Source: Bilabrum cf. latius (taxonomy: Eukaryota). Taken from it: a stretch of 64,000 bases of DNA. Each line of letters starts with the position of its first letter. The first letter of the stretch is position 1. The stretch is taken from NCBI GenBank assembly GCA_965178125.1, contig OZ237741.1:1302001-1366000 (forward strand). Direction: 5' to 3'. Under the pieces are notes generated by a model. That model saw nothing but the letters and a program-made list of their open reading frames with translations. It was not told the DNA's origin and searched no databases. A program made the position numbers and the translations under genes. This document shows, piece after piece, positions 39,301 to 50,992 of the stretch.

Positions 39301-42300
39301 CACGGTGCTGCTGACGTCCACGGGCCGCGTGTTCACGTTCGGCCTCAACGAGTGGGGCCAGCTGGGGGCGGGGGACATCCGGTGGAGGCCCGCGCCCCAC
39401 CTGGTCGCCTCGCTCAAAAACAGGCGGGCGGCTCAGGTGGCGGCCGGGCCCAGGAGCACGTACATCCTGCTGGATTCGGGCGAGGCCGTGGTGGCGGGGG
39501 CCTCGTTGGCGGCGCGGCCGTTCTTTGTGCCCCCCGTGGAGCTGCTTGAGATTAAGGACGACCGCAGCGGGGTGGAGGCCAGCCCCAGTCCCAGCCCCAT
39601 TGCGGGGGACGGGGCGGGGGCTGCCTAGAAGGGATCCACCACCACCAGGGGCCAGGGGCAGGGGCGAGTTGGCCACCGCTCCGGTCCCCGTAAGCTGCTG
39701 CTGCACTCGCACACTGTGTTCCTCTCCTCGCTGCCCGCCCTGGCCACCTCCCTCCCCCGCCTGCCACGGCGACAGGCCCGGGCGCTCATGGCGGGCGGGT
39801 ACCGCTCTGCCGGCCTCGCACTGGTGCGCATGCAGCAGGCGGGGCACGTGGGTGCTGACGAGTGCGAGCGGGCGGTGAGGGCGAGGGAGGAAGCGGCCGT
39901 GGCCTCTGCCGCCAGCCGCGCCCAGCGGGTGGCACTGGCCCTCGCCACGCCGGCACCCACCCCGCCCGGCTCCCCGCCGCCAGGGGCAGCGGACTATGAG
40001 GAGGACGAGGAGGAGGAGGGCATGGGCAGCAGCAGTAGCATGGACACCGGGGCGTTCCCTGCCGCCCCAGAGGTGAGGGCGCCGGCCACGCGCCGCGCGG
40101 TCGCTGGCCTGCGGCTGCCGCTGCCCCTCACGCCCCTGGACGCGCCCACGCTGGACTACGGGAGCAACTGGGGGACGCAGCCCTCTGAGGGCAGAGATGG
40201 AAGCGGCAGCCGCACCAAGAGGTCCAGGAAGGGCCCAGGGAACAAGCAGGGCGCCCCCGCTGCAGAGGAGGCCGCAGCTCTGGCCCCCGAGGGTCTCCCG
40301 GGAGTGTCTCCTGTGCCCTCCCCGAGGGCCCAGCTGGCCGACGTGGTGGGGCAGGGGCTGCTGCGGGGCACCAGCAGCGGGGCGGACGAGGCCTTGTTCC
40401 CTCTGCCGCAAGGTGCACTGGAGGCCGCCCGCGCCACGGTGAGGTCGGAGGCGTTGGCGGGGGCGCTGGAGCGGGAGAGGGCGAGGCAGCGGCGGGAGGA
40501 GATCCGGCGAGGGGGCGCGCATGCCGCCACGGAGGCCTCGTGGAGGGACGGCGAGGACGAGGACGGGTCTGGACTTCATGGACCCGCGGGAGAGGAAGGA
40601 AAGCACATCGAGGGCGCCCGGCGGCCGAGGCGGCTGTCCGTGTCCGACTTTTTGCGGGACGCGAAGCTGGCCGTGGCGGAGGCGGCGGCGGGCGTGGACG
40701 AGGACCGCCACGACCACCGCCAGCGCCACTCTGATCACCAGGACGCTGGGACTGGGGCCGTTGGTTAGGCCGTGACGGTCGAGGGGCAGGGCGCCGTGCC
40801 CGGAGTCGGGAGTGGCCCCTCGTCCACCGGGATGCTGCGGGATCCTCGCGGCACGGACGCGATGGGGCTGGCGAGTGCGTACGACTGGTCAGGGTCAGGC
40901 GGCACCACGGCGGGGCGGTGGCGTGAGGGTGGGGGGAGCAGCCGGATGGTGGGATCCGTGGGTGCCACTGCGGCCGAGCTGAGCAGCAGCCGGCGGCACC
41001 TGCTGCGGCCCCGGTCCCTGCACCCCCGCTCGGCCTCTGCCCTTCTGCTGCTGGCTCCCTCCCGCGTGGCCCGCATGTCCCGCGAGGACCTGGAGCTGGT
41101 GCTGCGGCGGTGCGAGGACAGGGCGCGGTGGGAGGCCGCGGGGGCGGCCGTGGGAGAGGAGCAGGAAAAAGAAGAGGAGGACCAGGACCGGGCGACGCGG
41201 GGGCAGGCGGGGGCGGCAGGGGCGTGGGCAGGCCGCCACTGGCACCCTGCCGTGGGTCTCTTTGGGGCATCCACCGGTGGGGAACAAGAGGACGGCGGCA
41301 GGGCGGCGGGCGGGTTCGCGCCCTCGGCGGCGGCCTATGCAGCCAGCGGCCCGTTCGGGGCTCAGGGGTCGGGCTCCAGGGCACACACGGCGGGCGGGGC
41401 GCAGTCGGTGGTGGTGGCAGCCGAGGGCGAGTCGGTAGCCAAGGCGGCTCGTCGCATGGGCGTGCCGCGGTCCCTTGCCGAGGCGGCGCTCAGAGCCCGT
41501 CACACCACGCTGCAGTGCCTGCAGGCGGCCAGGCAGGTCGGTGCGCTGACTCCTGAGGAGGTGCACGACACTGCAGCGGCGCTGGCCAAGGATCGGCAGC
41601 GCAAGAAGCAGGAGGAGCAGGAGCGCAGGGAGCAGGAGAGGCTCGATCGGCAGGCAGAGCTGGAGCGACAGAACACTGATGCCCTGCGCGCACGGACAGG
41701 CCTGGAGGGCGGTGAGGAGGAGGAGGAGTAGGAGAAGAATGCCGCGAGCCCGCGGACCAGGTCTCCCATGCGGCCGGGATAGGCGCGCGGGAGGAGGCCC
41801 AGGGGAATGGGGTCCCGCCGCAGGACCGGCGGAAGCCCGAATCGCCGAGGGGGTCCGTCGCCCGCGGCTGCGGCTGCCCGCAAGCAGGTTCAGCTCGCCA
41901 CGGGGTCCTCCCCCGGGGGCCAGGTGCTCGGGTTTGCCAGATCAGGGGAGGCATCCGGGGAGTCGTACGCTGCTGCGATCCGCGCTCTCAGGGAGTCCGA
42001 GGGGCTGCGGGTGCCCCCCCCAGGAGGGGACATCGTGAGGAAGCACACCCCTACCACCAGGAGGAGGAGGGACCGGCGCAGCCCCCATCATTAGCAGCAG
42101 CAGCAGCAACAAGAGCAGCGATTATCGCCTCCAGGTGGCAGGGAACAGGGCGGCTCGCCAGTGGTCCCACCGGTGCCGCTGCAGCAGGCACCCCCCCCGA
42201 GGGCAGCGCAGGATGTAGGCAAGCAGGGCAGCCCGGGACCATCGACGGGCGGGCAGCAGCCTGGCGAAGATGAAACCGGGCAGGCACAAGAGGTCGCCGA

Positions 42301-43411
42301 TCAGGGCAAGGGGCAGCAGGAGGAGGAGGAGGCCGCGCCCGCGCCCCCCACGCAGGAAGAGCTCGAGGCATCTAGGGCCAGGGAACAGGAAAGGCTGGCG
42401 CAGGAGGCCGAGGCACAGCGGAAGGCCGCCGCCAGGGCAGAGGAGGAGCAGGCTCGGCTGCAGCGCAATGCAATGCGCCGCAGGGGCGTGGAGGCACTCG
42501 TGTCGCACGTGGCGGCACCCAGGGACTCTACGGCTCCGGGCGGATGGGACCGCCGAGAGCGGGGCGGTCCGCCGGTGCAGGAGGGGGGGCAGGAGCGGCG
42601 GCCCGCTGCTGTTACCTCGCAGCCCGCAGCGCACAAGCCGGGCGCCTCGTCCTCCGCCTCCCCACCCCCCCACACGGTGGCCTCGCTGCTGCATTAGGCC
42701 CGCTCCCCGCACGTGGATCTCCTCGCGCAGTTGCAGCCTGCCACCCCCCCGAGGGTACCTAGGGGTGTCGGGTCGGCTGCGACGGGCGTATCCCCAGGGA
42801 GTGCGGGGAGCGCCGGCACCCCCACCTTCCCCCGGACGAACGTTCCCTTGCCACTGGAGGAAGCCACGGCGCGCGCCGCGGCGGATGCGACGGAGTGGGC
42901 GAGAGAGGACGGCGTTGAGGCGGCGGTGCGGGGGCAGGCGCAGGCCGAGTCCCAGGGGATGAGTGCCGGTGAGATGCGCAGGGCACTGGCGGGGATGCGG
43001 GAGCAGATGGAGCAGCTGAGAGCCGAGAGGGGCGAGGGGCTGGCCGGGGCGCTGGCGGGACCTGTCGAGAGGTCCGATCAAGGGGGCAGTGCAGCGGTGC
43101 AGGCCAAGGCCAGTGCCAGTGCCGTGGAAGGTGAAAAGGATCAGGGTCAGGGTCAGGCTCAGGCTTCGGCGCCGTCTCCCGCTGGCGTGTCTGTGCCTGG
43201 CGGTGACATGCTGGTGGGGCTGCTGCGGGGGCAGGGCGGGCTCCTAACAGGGGCTGGGGCTGAGGATGAGGATGGGCTGGCTCCTCGGTCCCTGGGAGGC
43301 ATTAGGGGCTCTTTCGCGCCGAGAGACCCGGCTGAGTCTGCCCTGTCAGAGGCGAGGCAGCGTGCGAGGGAGCTGGCTGATCGCATGAGGGCAGAGATGG
43401 GGCAGCAGTGA
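27359..43411 (+). CDS. Giant divergent myosin (motor-like domain, multiple IQ motifs, RCC1 repeats, low-complexity/coiled-coil tail), ~5,200 aa; exons 27359-27516, 27830-28364 and 28490-43411; 12 in-frame TAGs
   Basis: Myosin motifs in order: GSRVWVP, DFAHLHEAAALYN, VLLNP, PPHPFQEAEDAVRAL, GPSGGGKTE, LHEALVRWVARRAN, VVDVPG, VCLPPN, GHPHRLSYDDFYRRY, GATRLFLR. IQ motifs (VQSAWRG, IQHAVRG, IQGAWRG, IQGRWRG). RCC1 motifs (QVAAGADFSIALTQGGEVLAWGDNSRCQLG, VFTFGLNEWGQLG). First non-TAG stop is TGA 43409-43411. Confidence 0.8.
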
Positions 43412-43584
43412 GGGAGCGGCTTGGAGCGTGCGTGCTCCGCATGTCAAGAGCATCGGTACGTTGAGAAATATAGAATCGGATTCGTCGATCAGTCCCGTGC
43501 CGGTTCTGGCTCCGGAGCCGATTTACCCCGGGCCGCTGGCCGCTGCAGGAACTTGCAAAGATCAGACAAGAACGCGCTTCAAAA

Positions 43585-44211
43585 ATGGCAGCAGCCGCCC
43601 CAGGCGACAAGCCCGCTCCTGTGCCCAATAAGGATGAGACCATTCGAGAGCTGTTGTTGACATTCAGCGAGCTAGATCACGATCATACAGGCCATGTGTC
43701 CGCGCAAGATTTGATTGAACTCTCCAAGAAGAGGCGGAAGACGCCCTTATCGCTTGAAGATGCCAAATTATCGATTGCTATGAAAGATCTAAATCAAGAC
43801 GGCACGCTGAGCCTGAGCGAGTGGCTGCATTTCTACACAACGGGCACTAGGCTCGAGGATCCATCGAGCGACGATCACGTCCTAGAGTTCATGTACTCGT
43901 GGTTTGACGATGACGGCAGCCACGCAATTGATAGAGATGAGTTGCGCGGAGCCCTTCGAGCACTGGACTGCCCGGCGAGTGATGTATTTGTAGATAAGAT
44001 CATGACGGACCTTGTCGAGCACCGTCCCCACATGAAGGGCAGCGACGCGGCAGGTGAGGGCAAGGCCGACGGTGGATCAAAGAAGGTGATGCTTAGCCTT
44101 GACGAATTTAAGGAGGCTGTCCGAAAGGGCATCAAGGCGGCACCCGACTTGGTGAAAGAGCGCGAAGAGGCAATCGAGAAGGAGTCGTACCGGATTTGCT
44201 CAGTAGCATAA
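43585..44211 (+). CDS. EF-hand calcium-binding protein with C-terminal CaaX-like motif (CSVA)
   Basis: EF loops DHDHTGHVSAQD, DLNQDGTLSLSE and DDDGSHAIDRDE. Ends ...ICSVA-TAA-TGA. Confidence 0.85.
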   Translation: MAAAAPGDKPAPVPNKDETIRELLLTFSELDHDHTGHVSAQDLIELSKKRRKTPLSLEDAKLSIAMKDLNQDGTLSLSEWLHFYTTGTRLEDPSSDDHVLEFMYSWFDDDGSHAIDRDELRGALRALDCPASDVFVDKIMTDLVEHRPHMKGSDAAGEGKADGGSKKVMLSLDEFKEAVRKGIKAAPDLVKEREEAIEKESYRICSVA

Positions 44212-44462
44212 TGAGATTGCTCCGTTGCAACGTGCCGTGGGGATGCAATCTGACGTCTGGGTTTCCTGTTCTTTGTGAGCCCTGCGAGCATTCATGGTGC
44301 ATGCAGCCCTGTTGGCGTGTTTGCCCCAGTTTGACATAGTCCCTTGTGATTTAGGCATAGCACTCAGAAGAATCCATTCGAGCTCTGACCAGACAGACCA
44401 CGCAATCAAGGTGATGTCACCCAAGACCACTCCCTGCTCACCACCCCCGCGACCAGTGCAGC

Positions 44463-45459
44463 TCACTGTCCCCCACCCACAGCGGCATCGCCCCCCTCGT
44501 CATCATCGTCGGCAGCTGCCTCCGCCCTGGCAAGCACATCCGCGAGCTGCTCCCGCGTGTACAGGGAGTATCCCCCCGTGGGCGTGACGGTGGCGATCTC
44601 AATGTTCTCGTCCGTGACCCGCTCCTCCATGGTGGCCCTCAGCACCTTGGCCACCAGCACCTCCGCGTCCGCGATGGACATGCCCGCGGACCACTTGTCC
44701 TCCAGGGTGCCCCTTGCCCCCTCCGAGCCGCTGCCGATGGCGTGTGCCTTGTACTCCACGAAGGTGCCGCTGGGATCCACGCAGAAGAGCTGCGCGCCCT
44801 TCTTGCGGTCCACGCCCGCCATGAGGAGCGACACGCCGAAGGGGCGGCTCATCTTGCTCTTGTTCTCCTTGCCGCCCTCTCCGAAACTCATCATCAAATC
44901 ACTCACGCTCTGACACAACGACTCGGGCCGCAGCGGCTCGTCGTAGGTGAACCTGTGGTTCTGAGCCTCCACGCGAGCGTGCTCGATCAGAGTGCGGGCG
45001 TCTCCTGACAATCCCGAGATTGCAGCACCAATATGAAAATCTACTTCACGAATCTTTTCAACGCTTGATTTCTCCATCAATTTATGGGTTATCCTCTTCT
45101 CTACGCCTAGCACGACGCCATCCTTGGTCTTCACGCCAAGTGCGCAAGATCCAAGCTACGAGACGAGGAGGGATCATTCAGCAGGACAGCGCGACGGATT
45201 TGACACCAATACATAGAAATCGTGATGCTGTATGCGAGCCATTCGAACCAGAAGCCTAGACTGGTAGGCTTTTAGCCCATCTTCAAACCGAGACAGTGGC
45301 GCAGTTTTTGCGAGCAGCATCCGGGCCGCAACTCACCTCGATAGCCTTAAGAGCATACTCTACCTAGAAAAGACGACCATGGGGGGAGAATGTGGACACT
45401 CCGCGATCGTAACCTCCTCTGCGTCCAGAATTGCAAAACAGGCCAAGAGTGAGCAGCAT
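44463..45459 (-). CDS. PSMA5: 20S proteasome subunit alpha type-5; intron 45156-45336; in-frame TAG 45364-45366 at the conserved Gln
   Basis: YDRGVSTFSPHGRLF*VEYALKAIE|LGSCALGVKTKDGVVLGVEKRIT...ARVEAQNHRFTYDEP...MSRPFGVSLL...DPSGTF...AIGSGSEGA. Ends in TGA. Start uncertain (in-frame ATG 45459, or a short upstream exon). Confidence 0.95.
45364..45366 (-). other. Diagnostic recoded TAG = Gln in the proteasome alpha signature GRLFQVEYA
   Basis: Minus strand reads GGT CGT CTT TTC TAG GTA GAG TAT GCT. Confidence 0.92.
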
Positions 45460-45661
45460 GGTCGTGGCAGATCTGTGTGCGCCTTATGCGCCGGATCACA
45501 CCCGTAGCACGTGTAGCTGTAATAAAAGGCTTACCTATTCTCATACATAGCTGGACTGGTCGACCTAGCACAATGCGTTCGGATGCCTTCCCATTCGACG
45601 GCGTCGCTCGAGAATCGTGCGGAACCACCCGCAGCGCGGCGCCTACGTACTCACTCATCAC

Positions 45662-48600
45662 ATGAGCACCGATAAAGCGAAGAAAACTCACGCCGCCCTG
45701 GCCACCCGACGAATGCTAGATGAGGAAGTAGAGTTTCGTCAGATCGGTGTACTAGGCTAGTGGCTACTCGGTGTGCGGACCCTTGGGGCACCTCCCACCC
45801 CAGACCCCTTGCTGATTTGTATTGCGCTCGTTGCAGTTGCTTGCTGCATCGCTTGGCTCCTACATGAGGAGCCAAACATCAGGGATCTGGAAAGCGTGGA
45901 TAAGTGGGCGTTGGAGAGCGATTATCCCGGGGTCTCCATGGAAAAAGTGGTCAGTGCCGCCAAGGCGTGCAAGGATCGCCGAGAAGTCCTTCGTGCTCTT
46001 CGGCAGGAGGCCTTTCAGGTCCCTGACGAAAGGCGTCCGTGGTGGACCGGTCTTCGCTCCTTGTATGGGAGGCCCATGCTAGCTGTGTGCTTGCTTGTGT
46101 TGGTCGTTAGTGCTACGGAGGCATCGCTGCTTGCCCTGCCACTGGGATGGATAGACCCACACCCGCCTGGTCAGGAATCGGGCCAGGACGAGCGGTCCTG
46201 GGCCGCCCTCGCGCTTGTCGCCGCTAGAAGTTGGGGACAAGCAGCGATGCTATACTACTTGGCTTGCTTGTCGGCGCAGCCCTCCTGCTCGCCCCTCTCG
46301 CTCCGCAGGGCAGAGGCAGGCGGCGCTCTCCTGGCGGCAGGGCACGCAGTCCTCCCCGCCCTGATGGCCGCCACTGTCGGTGGGATGCCATTCCGGCTGC
46401 TCCCGGGGCCAGAACAGGGCAGCAAGGGCGAGACGGACGCGGCGGTTGCGTGCCCAGAGGGTGCGAGGCTGGCAGCGGGGGCGACAAGCGCGGTGGTGAT
46501 GCGGCTCGGTGTCCTGCTGGTCTCGAGGGCCGCACTGGCACGGGCGGGGGCCGGCCTTGGGGGGTGCTTCGGGTGCCTGTGCAGGTGTCTCACGCAGCCA
46601 TGCCCGGAGCATGACAACTCTCGGGCGTGCGAACCTGCGTGTGACGAGTGCTGCTCCCTGTGCCTGGTCCGCCGCAGGCGCGTTGAGAGTCAAGGCAAAG
46701 GCAAGGCCAGGGCCAGGGCCAAGGGGAAGGGAATCGGGCCCACGGGTAAACCCAGTGGATACTGTCCGTCCTCATGTCCTCCTTGCGCCCTCGCGTGCTG
46801 CCCTCATGTGTTCCCCGGTGGAGCTGCGGGCACCCCCACTGGCATCTCCGTGCCCATGCAGCACCCCTGCTGCCCGCTGGGATTCGCAGAGCAGTCCCGG
46901 CCTAGTGCGAGCCTCGTACAGGCTGCAGTCGCTTTTTCCATGGCCGTGTGCGTGCTGGCGCTGGCTGCTGGGGCAGCACTGGCGGTTGGGACTGCGCAAG
47001 CTGGCGTGGCGCAGGACACCGACGACGGCGGCGGGGGGGAAGAGTCCGTGTTCCAGGCATGCGCCTGGCCGCGGGAATACGACTGGGTGGCGCGTGCGGC
47101 GGGCTGGCTGAGCGTGCTGCTGTTCCTGGCCGACGGAATTGCTCTGCCGGTCGCCGTGCTGTGCATGGTGAGGCAGGAGACCGTGCTGGCCCTCGGGCTG
47201 GGGCCCCCTGAGAGCCTCGCCGGCACGGTGGCGGCAGAGATCGAGAGGAGTGACGGGCCGGGGGGACTGACGTGCTGCGGGTCTGATCAGCTGTGCGGGT
47301 GCAGGCAGCGGGCTGTGTTCCCCGGTCTGAGGGGCACCGTCGCAAGCGACATGTCGGTGCCGTTCGGTCTGGTGCTGGAGCGGCTGCCGGCGCTACCCGA
47401 GGCAGCCACAGGCAGCACCGAGGGCACGGGTCTCGTAGGCGCATCCAGGAAGAATCCGCTCGTAGGTGCATCCTACGGGACGGGCAATAGCAGCAGCCGC
47501 GCGCAGCGAAGACCAACCGCGCGCAGCACCAGCATCAGCTCCTCCACCACCGCTGGGAGGCCGCGCTGGGAAGCAGGTACGGTCTCCTTTGCCACTCCGC
47601 ACGGGCTGGTGAAGCTGCCCCGCAAGGTGGTCAAGCAAGGATTCCTCGAGGACACTCTGCTGAAAGAGGGGATGCAGACTACCAGGCAGCAAGTTTCGCT
47701 GGCCCTCCGATCCTGGGCCTGCTTCAGCTCCGATTCGAGGACAGCCGCGCGGGAGCCCGCCTTTAGGGAGCACGTGCAGGCGATGGCCGACCAGGTGGGT
47801 GACGCAGTCATCGGGCCGGATGAGGCATGTGCTGTGCGGGTGCTGCGCGTACAGGGGGACGTTGTGATCGTGGACGCCGCTGTGCGGAGGGCGGTGGCAG
47901 CGCGGGCGGCGGCCCGGGACCGGCGGGCATGGGAGGAGTGGAGGGCTCGCAGGACCGCGGGGATGAGTCCGGAGCAGGCCGTGAGGCAGTGGGGCTGGGA
48001 CGAGAATGATGCTGTGGACGAGCGGGACAGGGAGGATGACGAGAGCAGGCAGCTGGGCGAGCCGCCGCGGTGGAGGCTGGATCCTACGGCAGCCCGGGTG
48101 GTCCTGGGAGAGAGCGGAAGCGGGAGCGAGAGCGGCAGCGAGAAAGAGCGTGCTCTCCTTGCTCGGCCAGCCCCACTAGTGCCAGCAGACAGACCCGAGG
48201 ACTGGGTGCGGGCCGTACTGAAGACCTAGTCGGTGGCTGTGACTGCTGCTGCCCTGTCCGGCACGGCCCGTGAGACGAGGGCCCAGATCGATGCCGCACA
48301 CCCGTGCGTGGCCACGGCATTCGGACTGGCGGTCAGCTGCCCCGACGCGATGCTAGCCATGCCCCTGTATCCGCGGGGCTCTCTCAGCGACGTGCTAGAG
48401 AAAGCCATGAGGGCCAAGAGACGGGTGGCGGCTGCCATCGGGGCCTCGAGGAAGCTGAGCACACAGGTTGCGCTGGTGTCTGGACTGCTGTACGGGGCAA
48501 TGCGTGAGCTGGACGAGACCGACGAGGTGCTTGACAGGGGCACGCAGCACCTGGAGGAATAGGAGCAGGCGCAGGAGGGCGTCGGAGAGGGACGGCAGCA

Positions 48601-50671
48601 AGGACCGCGGGCGGGGGAGGAGGTAGGAGCGGCGGGCAGCGACAGCGGGGGCACCACGAGCAGCGGGGCGGCAGCAGATGTGGGCGGTGCTGCCGCTTCG
48701 TATGTCGGGCGTAGCAGCAGCCGAGACAGGGGCCGGCGCTCGTCTGTGAGCGGCTCCCTGTCCGGCCGCTCCTCCGTGCGAAGCACCATCGTGACCAAGC
48801 CGGGCTCCCTTCGGACCATGCTGTTCACAGAGATCACGGATCGAGGGCCCCGTCAGCTGCAGCGCGTGCTGCAAGACATTAGGGAGAGGCAGCCAGCGCT
48901 GCAGCTGCTTGAGAACGACCTGCGGCGAGATGGGCTGGCTGGGTTTGGTGTGTGGACAACTGGCAGCAGCGGGGCTGGCAATGGGAAGCAGTCGGCAGCA
49001 CCGGACGGGTAGGCGGGGGCAGCAAGCCCGGCAGACATCGGGGTGGATGCAAGCACGTCTGCTCCGCGACTAGCGACCCGATCGGTGATGGGTCGCCGGT
49101 GGTGGCAGCGCGTGACGGTGCGAGACGCATGGAAGGGGCAGCTGATCTCATTTTATGACCGCGCGGGGCTGCAGTACCACCCCCGCATGGCCCAGAAACT
49201 AGTGGGCAGACCCAGCCGTAGTGACACGGGCGGCAGCACCAGCAGCTCGCGCGACTCTGCACCGACGCCCTCACCGATGGCCAGCACCCCGTCCTCGATG
49301 CGGAGTGGCAGCAGGCAGCTGTCGCCATCTGCTAGAAGGCTCCGCCGTGGGCAGCACAGCAGGAACGAGAAACAAGTGTCTCCGCTGCGTGGGAACTCGG
49401 AATCGCAATCGGGGGATGACTCCGGGTCCGACGCAGCGTCGGTGGCTTCGGACGTGTCCGGTGCAGGGAGCGTGGGGAGCTCGGGAAGTGGGGCAGCCGG
49501 CACGGCAGGTGCAGCGGCCCCGAGACAAGCCCCGCCGGCTGCTCTCGTGGGCCCCCCGCCGGCCCGCGAGGCGCTGCGTGTGGACCCGCGAGCCATGGGC
49601 CTGTTGAGGCACCGCACGGTGGAGCAGGCGCTGGGCGCGGGGCCTCTCGACAGGGCCAAGATCGCGGCGGCGGTGCGCGCGCAGCAGGCAGAGGAGGCGA
49701 GGCGGAAGGACAAGGAGGCCAGGACTGAGACCGACACGGAGATATGCGACTCGCTCAAGACGCAGAGCAGACTGCTGTGCGTGCTGTCGTGGCCCATGCG
49801 GCTGCGCATGGCCATAGACGCATGCCGCGGGGTGGCGCACCTCCACAGCGGGGGTGCCTCTGTGGATGGGGCCCCGAGGCTGCACCGAGATATCAAGCCG
49901 GGGAACCTCTTCGTGACGGACAGGTTCAGGCTGCGGCTGGCGGATTTCGGGGAGCAGAGGGCCAGGCGGATGCAGACCACGGGGGGCGGGGGACAGATGT
50001 CGTCGCCTAGGGGGGGAGCGAGGGGCATGGCCTCCCCCAGGAACCCCGCAATGGGGTCAGGCGAATTCCCCTCGGTCCACAGCGGGCACTGGCAGCAGCG
50101 GGTGGGCGGAGCCAAAGTAGTGGTATCCGAGTGGGGAGGGGGAGGGGGCTCCCGTGGGCCCAGCTCTCCCGCAGTCTCGGGGGCCAGCCCCGGACCTGCT
50201 TCCGGCTCCGGCGGCCAGTACTCGAGCGGGTCGAGAGGCGACCGGGCAGTGCAGATGACAGCTGACAAGGGAACTCCCACGTACATCGCGCCCGAGGTGC
50301 TGGGTCACGGACAGGGGGGGACGGACGGGCAGCAGCAGCCCGGTGGTACCCTCGCGGAACAGATGAGGAGGAGGCAGCAGCAGGGGGTGAAGCAGGCCTC
50401 GTACAACCTGCGGGCGGACGTGTGGTCGCTGGGATTTGTTCTGTGGGAGATATTCACCCTGCACAGCCTCGGTGAGATGCTGCCCGGGGCGAAGGCCCCC
50501 TACCCCGGCTGGACCCCCCCTCTTCCCCTGGACCTGCCCCTGCTCGCCCGCGTGCTCCTGGAGAAGATGTGGGAGAGGGATCCAGCAAAGAGACCGCCGG
50601 CAAAAGAGGTGGTGCAGGCGCTCCGGCGGCTACTGGGGTACGCGGAGCTGCAGCTACTCGGCCGTGGGTGA
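45662..50671 (+). CDS. Multi-pass membrane protein with Cys-rich loops and a C-terminal TKL-like protein kinase domain split by inserts (~1,670 aa); in-frame TAGs at 45758, 48227, 48560 and 49010
   Basis: Several hydrophobic segments, then AVLKT*, HPCVATAFG...MPLYPRGSLSDVL, LSWPMRLRMAIDACRGVAHLH, HRDIKPGN, ADFG, GTPTYIAPE, DVWSLGFVLWEIFT and DPAKRP. Ends in TGA. Start is ATG 45662 or 45713. Confidence 0.8.
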
Positions 50672-50992
50672 AAGGGCGGGCGGGTCGAAGGGGGGACGCG
50701 CTGCCAGAGGTCGGCATCGCAATTGGACACCCCACTGGCAGACTGGCAGTGAGTGGCACGACAGGCCCGGTGACCGATGCTGATTGCTTTGCACTTGCAA
50801 GTTGAATTATTTGAGGGGCCAGACGTAAGCTTATCTCTTGTATGTTGTCGAACTCGTCGCGCCCACTCATTTTTAGATCAGATCCATCCGGCGGATCCAT
50901 CCGGATCCATCCGACAAACTGCGAGTACATCTCGAGTACGCCGAGTCGATAGCCATCCCGCTCCAGCCGCGTACTAAGCATGGATCCATTCA

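Noticed and set aside
28770-40738. Long antisense and alternate-frame ORFs (e.g. 33230..35815 -, 30619..32817 +, 38810..40738 -; also 58761..60926 + and 51788..53539 +)
   Set aside because: These are shadow ORFs expected in very GC-rich coding DNA. They are Pro/Arg-rich, have no domain motifs, and overlap better-supported genes.
8471-42697. TAGs as 3' splice sites of tiny introns
   Set aside because: The frame is preserved with no sequence missing from conserved motifs (e.g. GRLF*VEYA, LQD*ELFDVFW), and matching GT donors are generally absent. The real introns here are about 90-310 nt with GTRAG-like donors.
50870-50915. GGATCC/GATC-rich short repeats (similar tract near 6670-6720)
   Set aside because: Short simple-sequence tracts at convergent gene ends, with no evidence of a structured RNA or mobile element.
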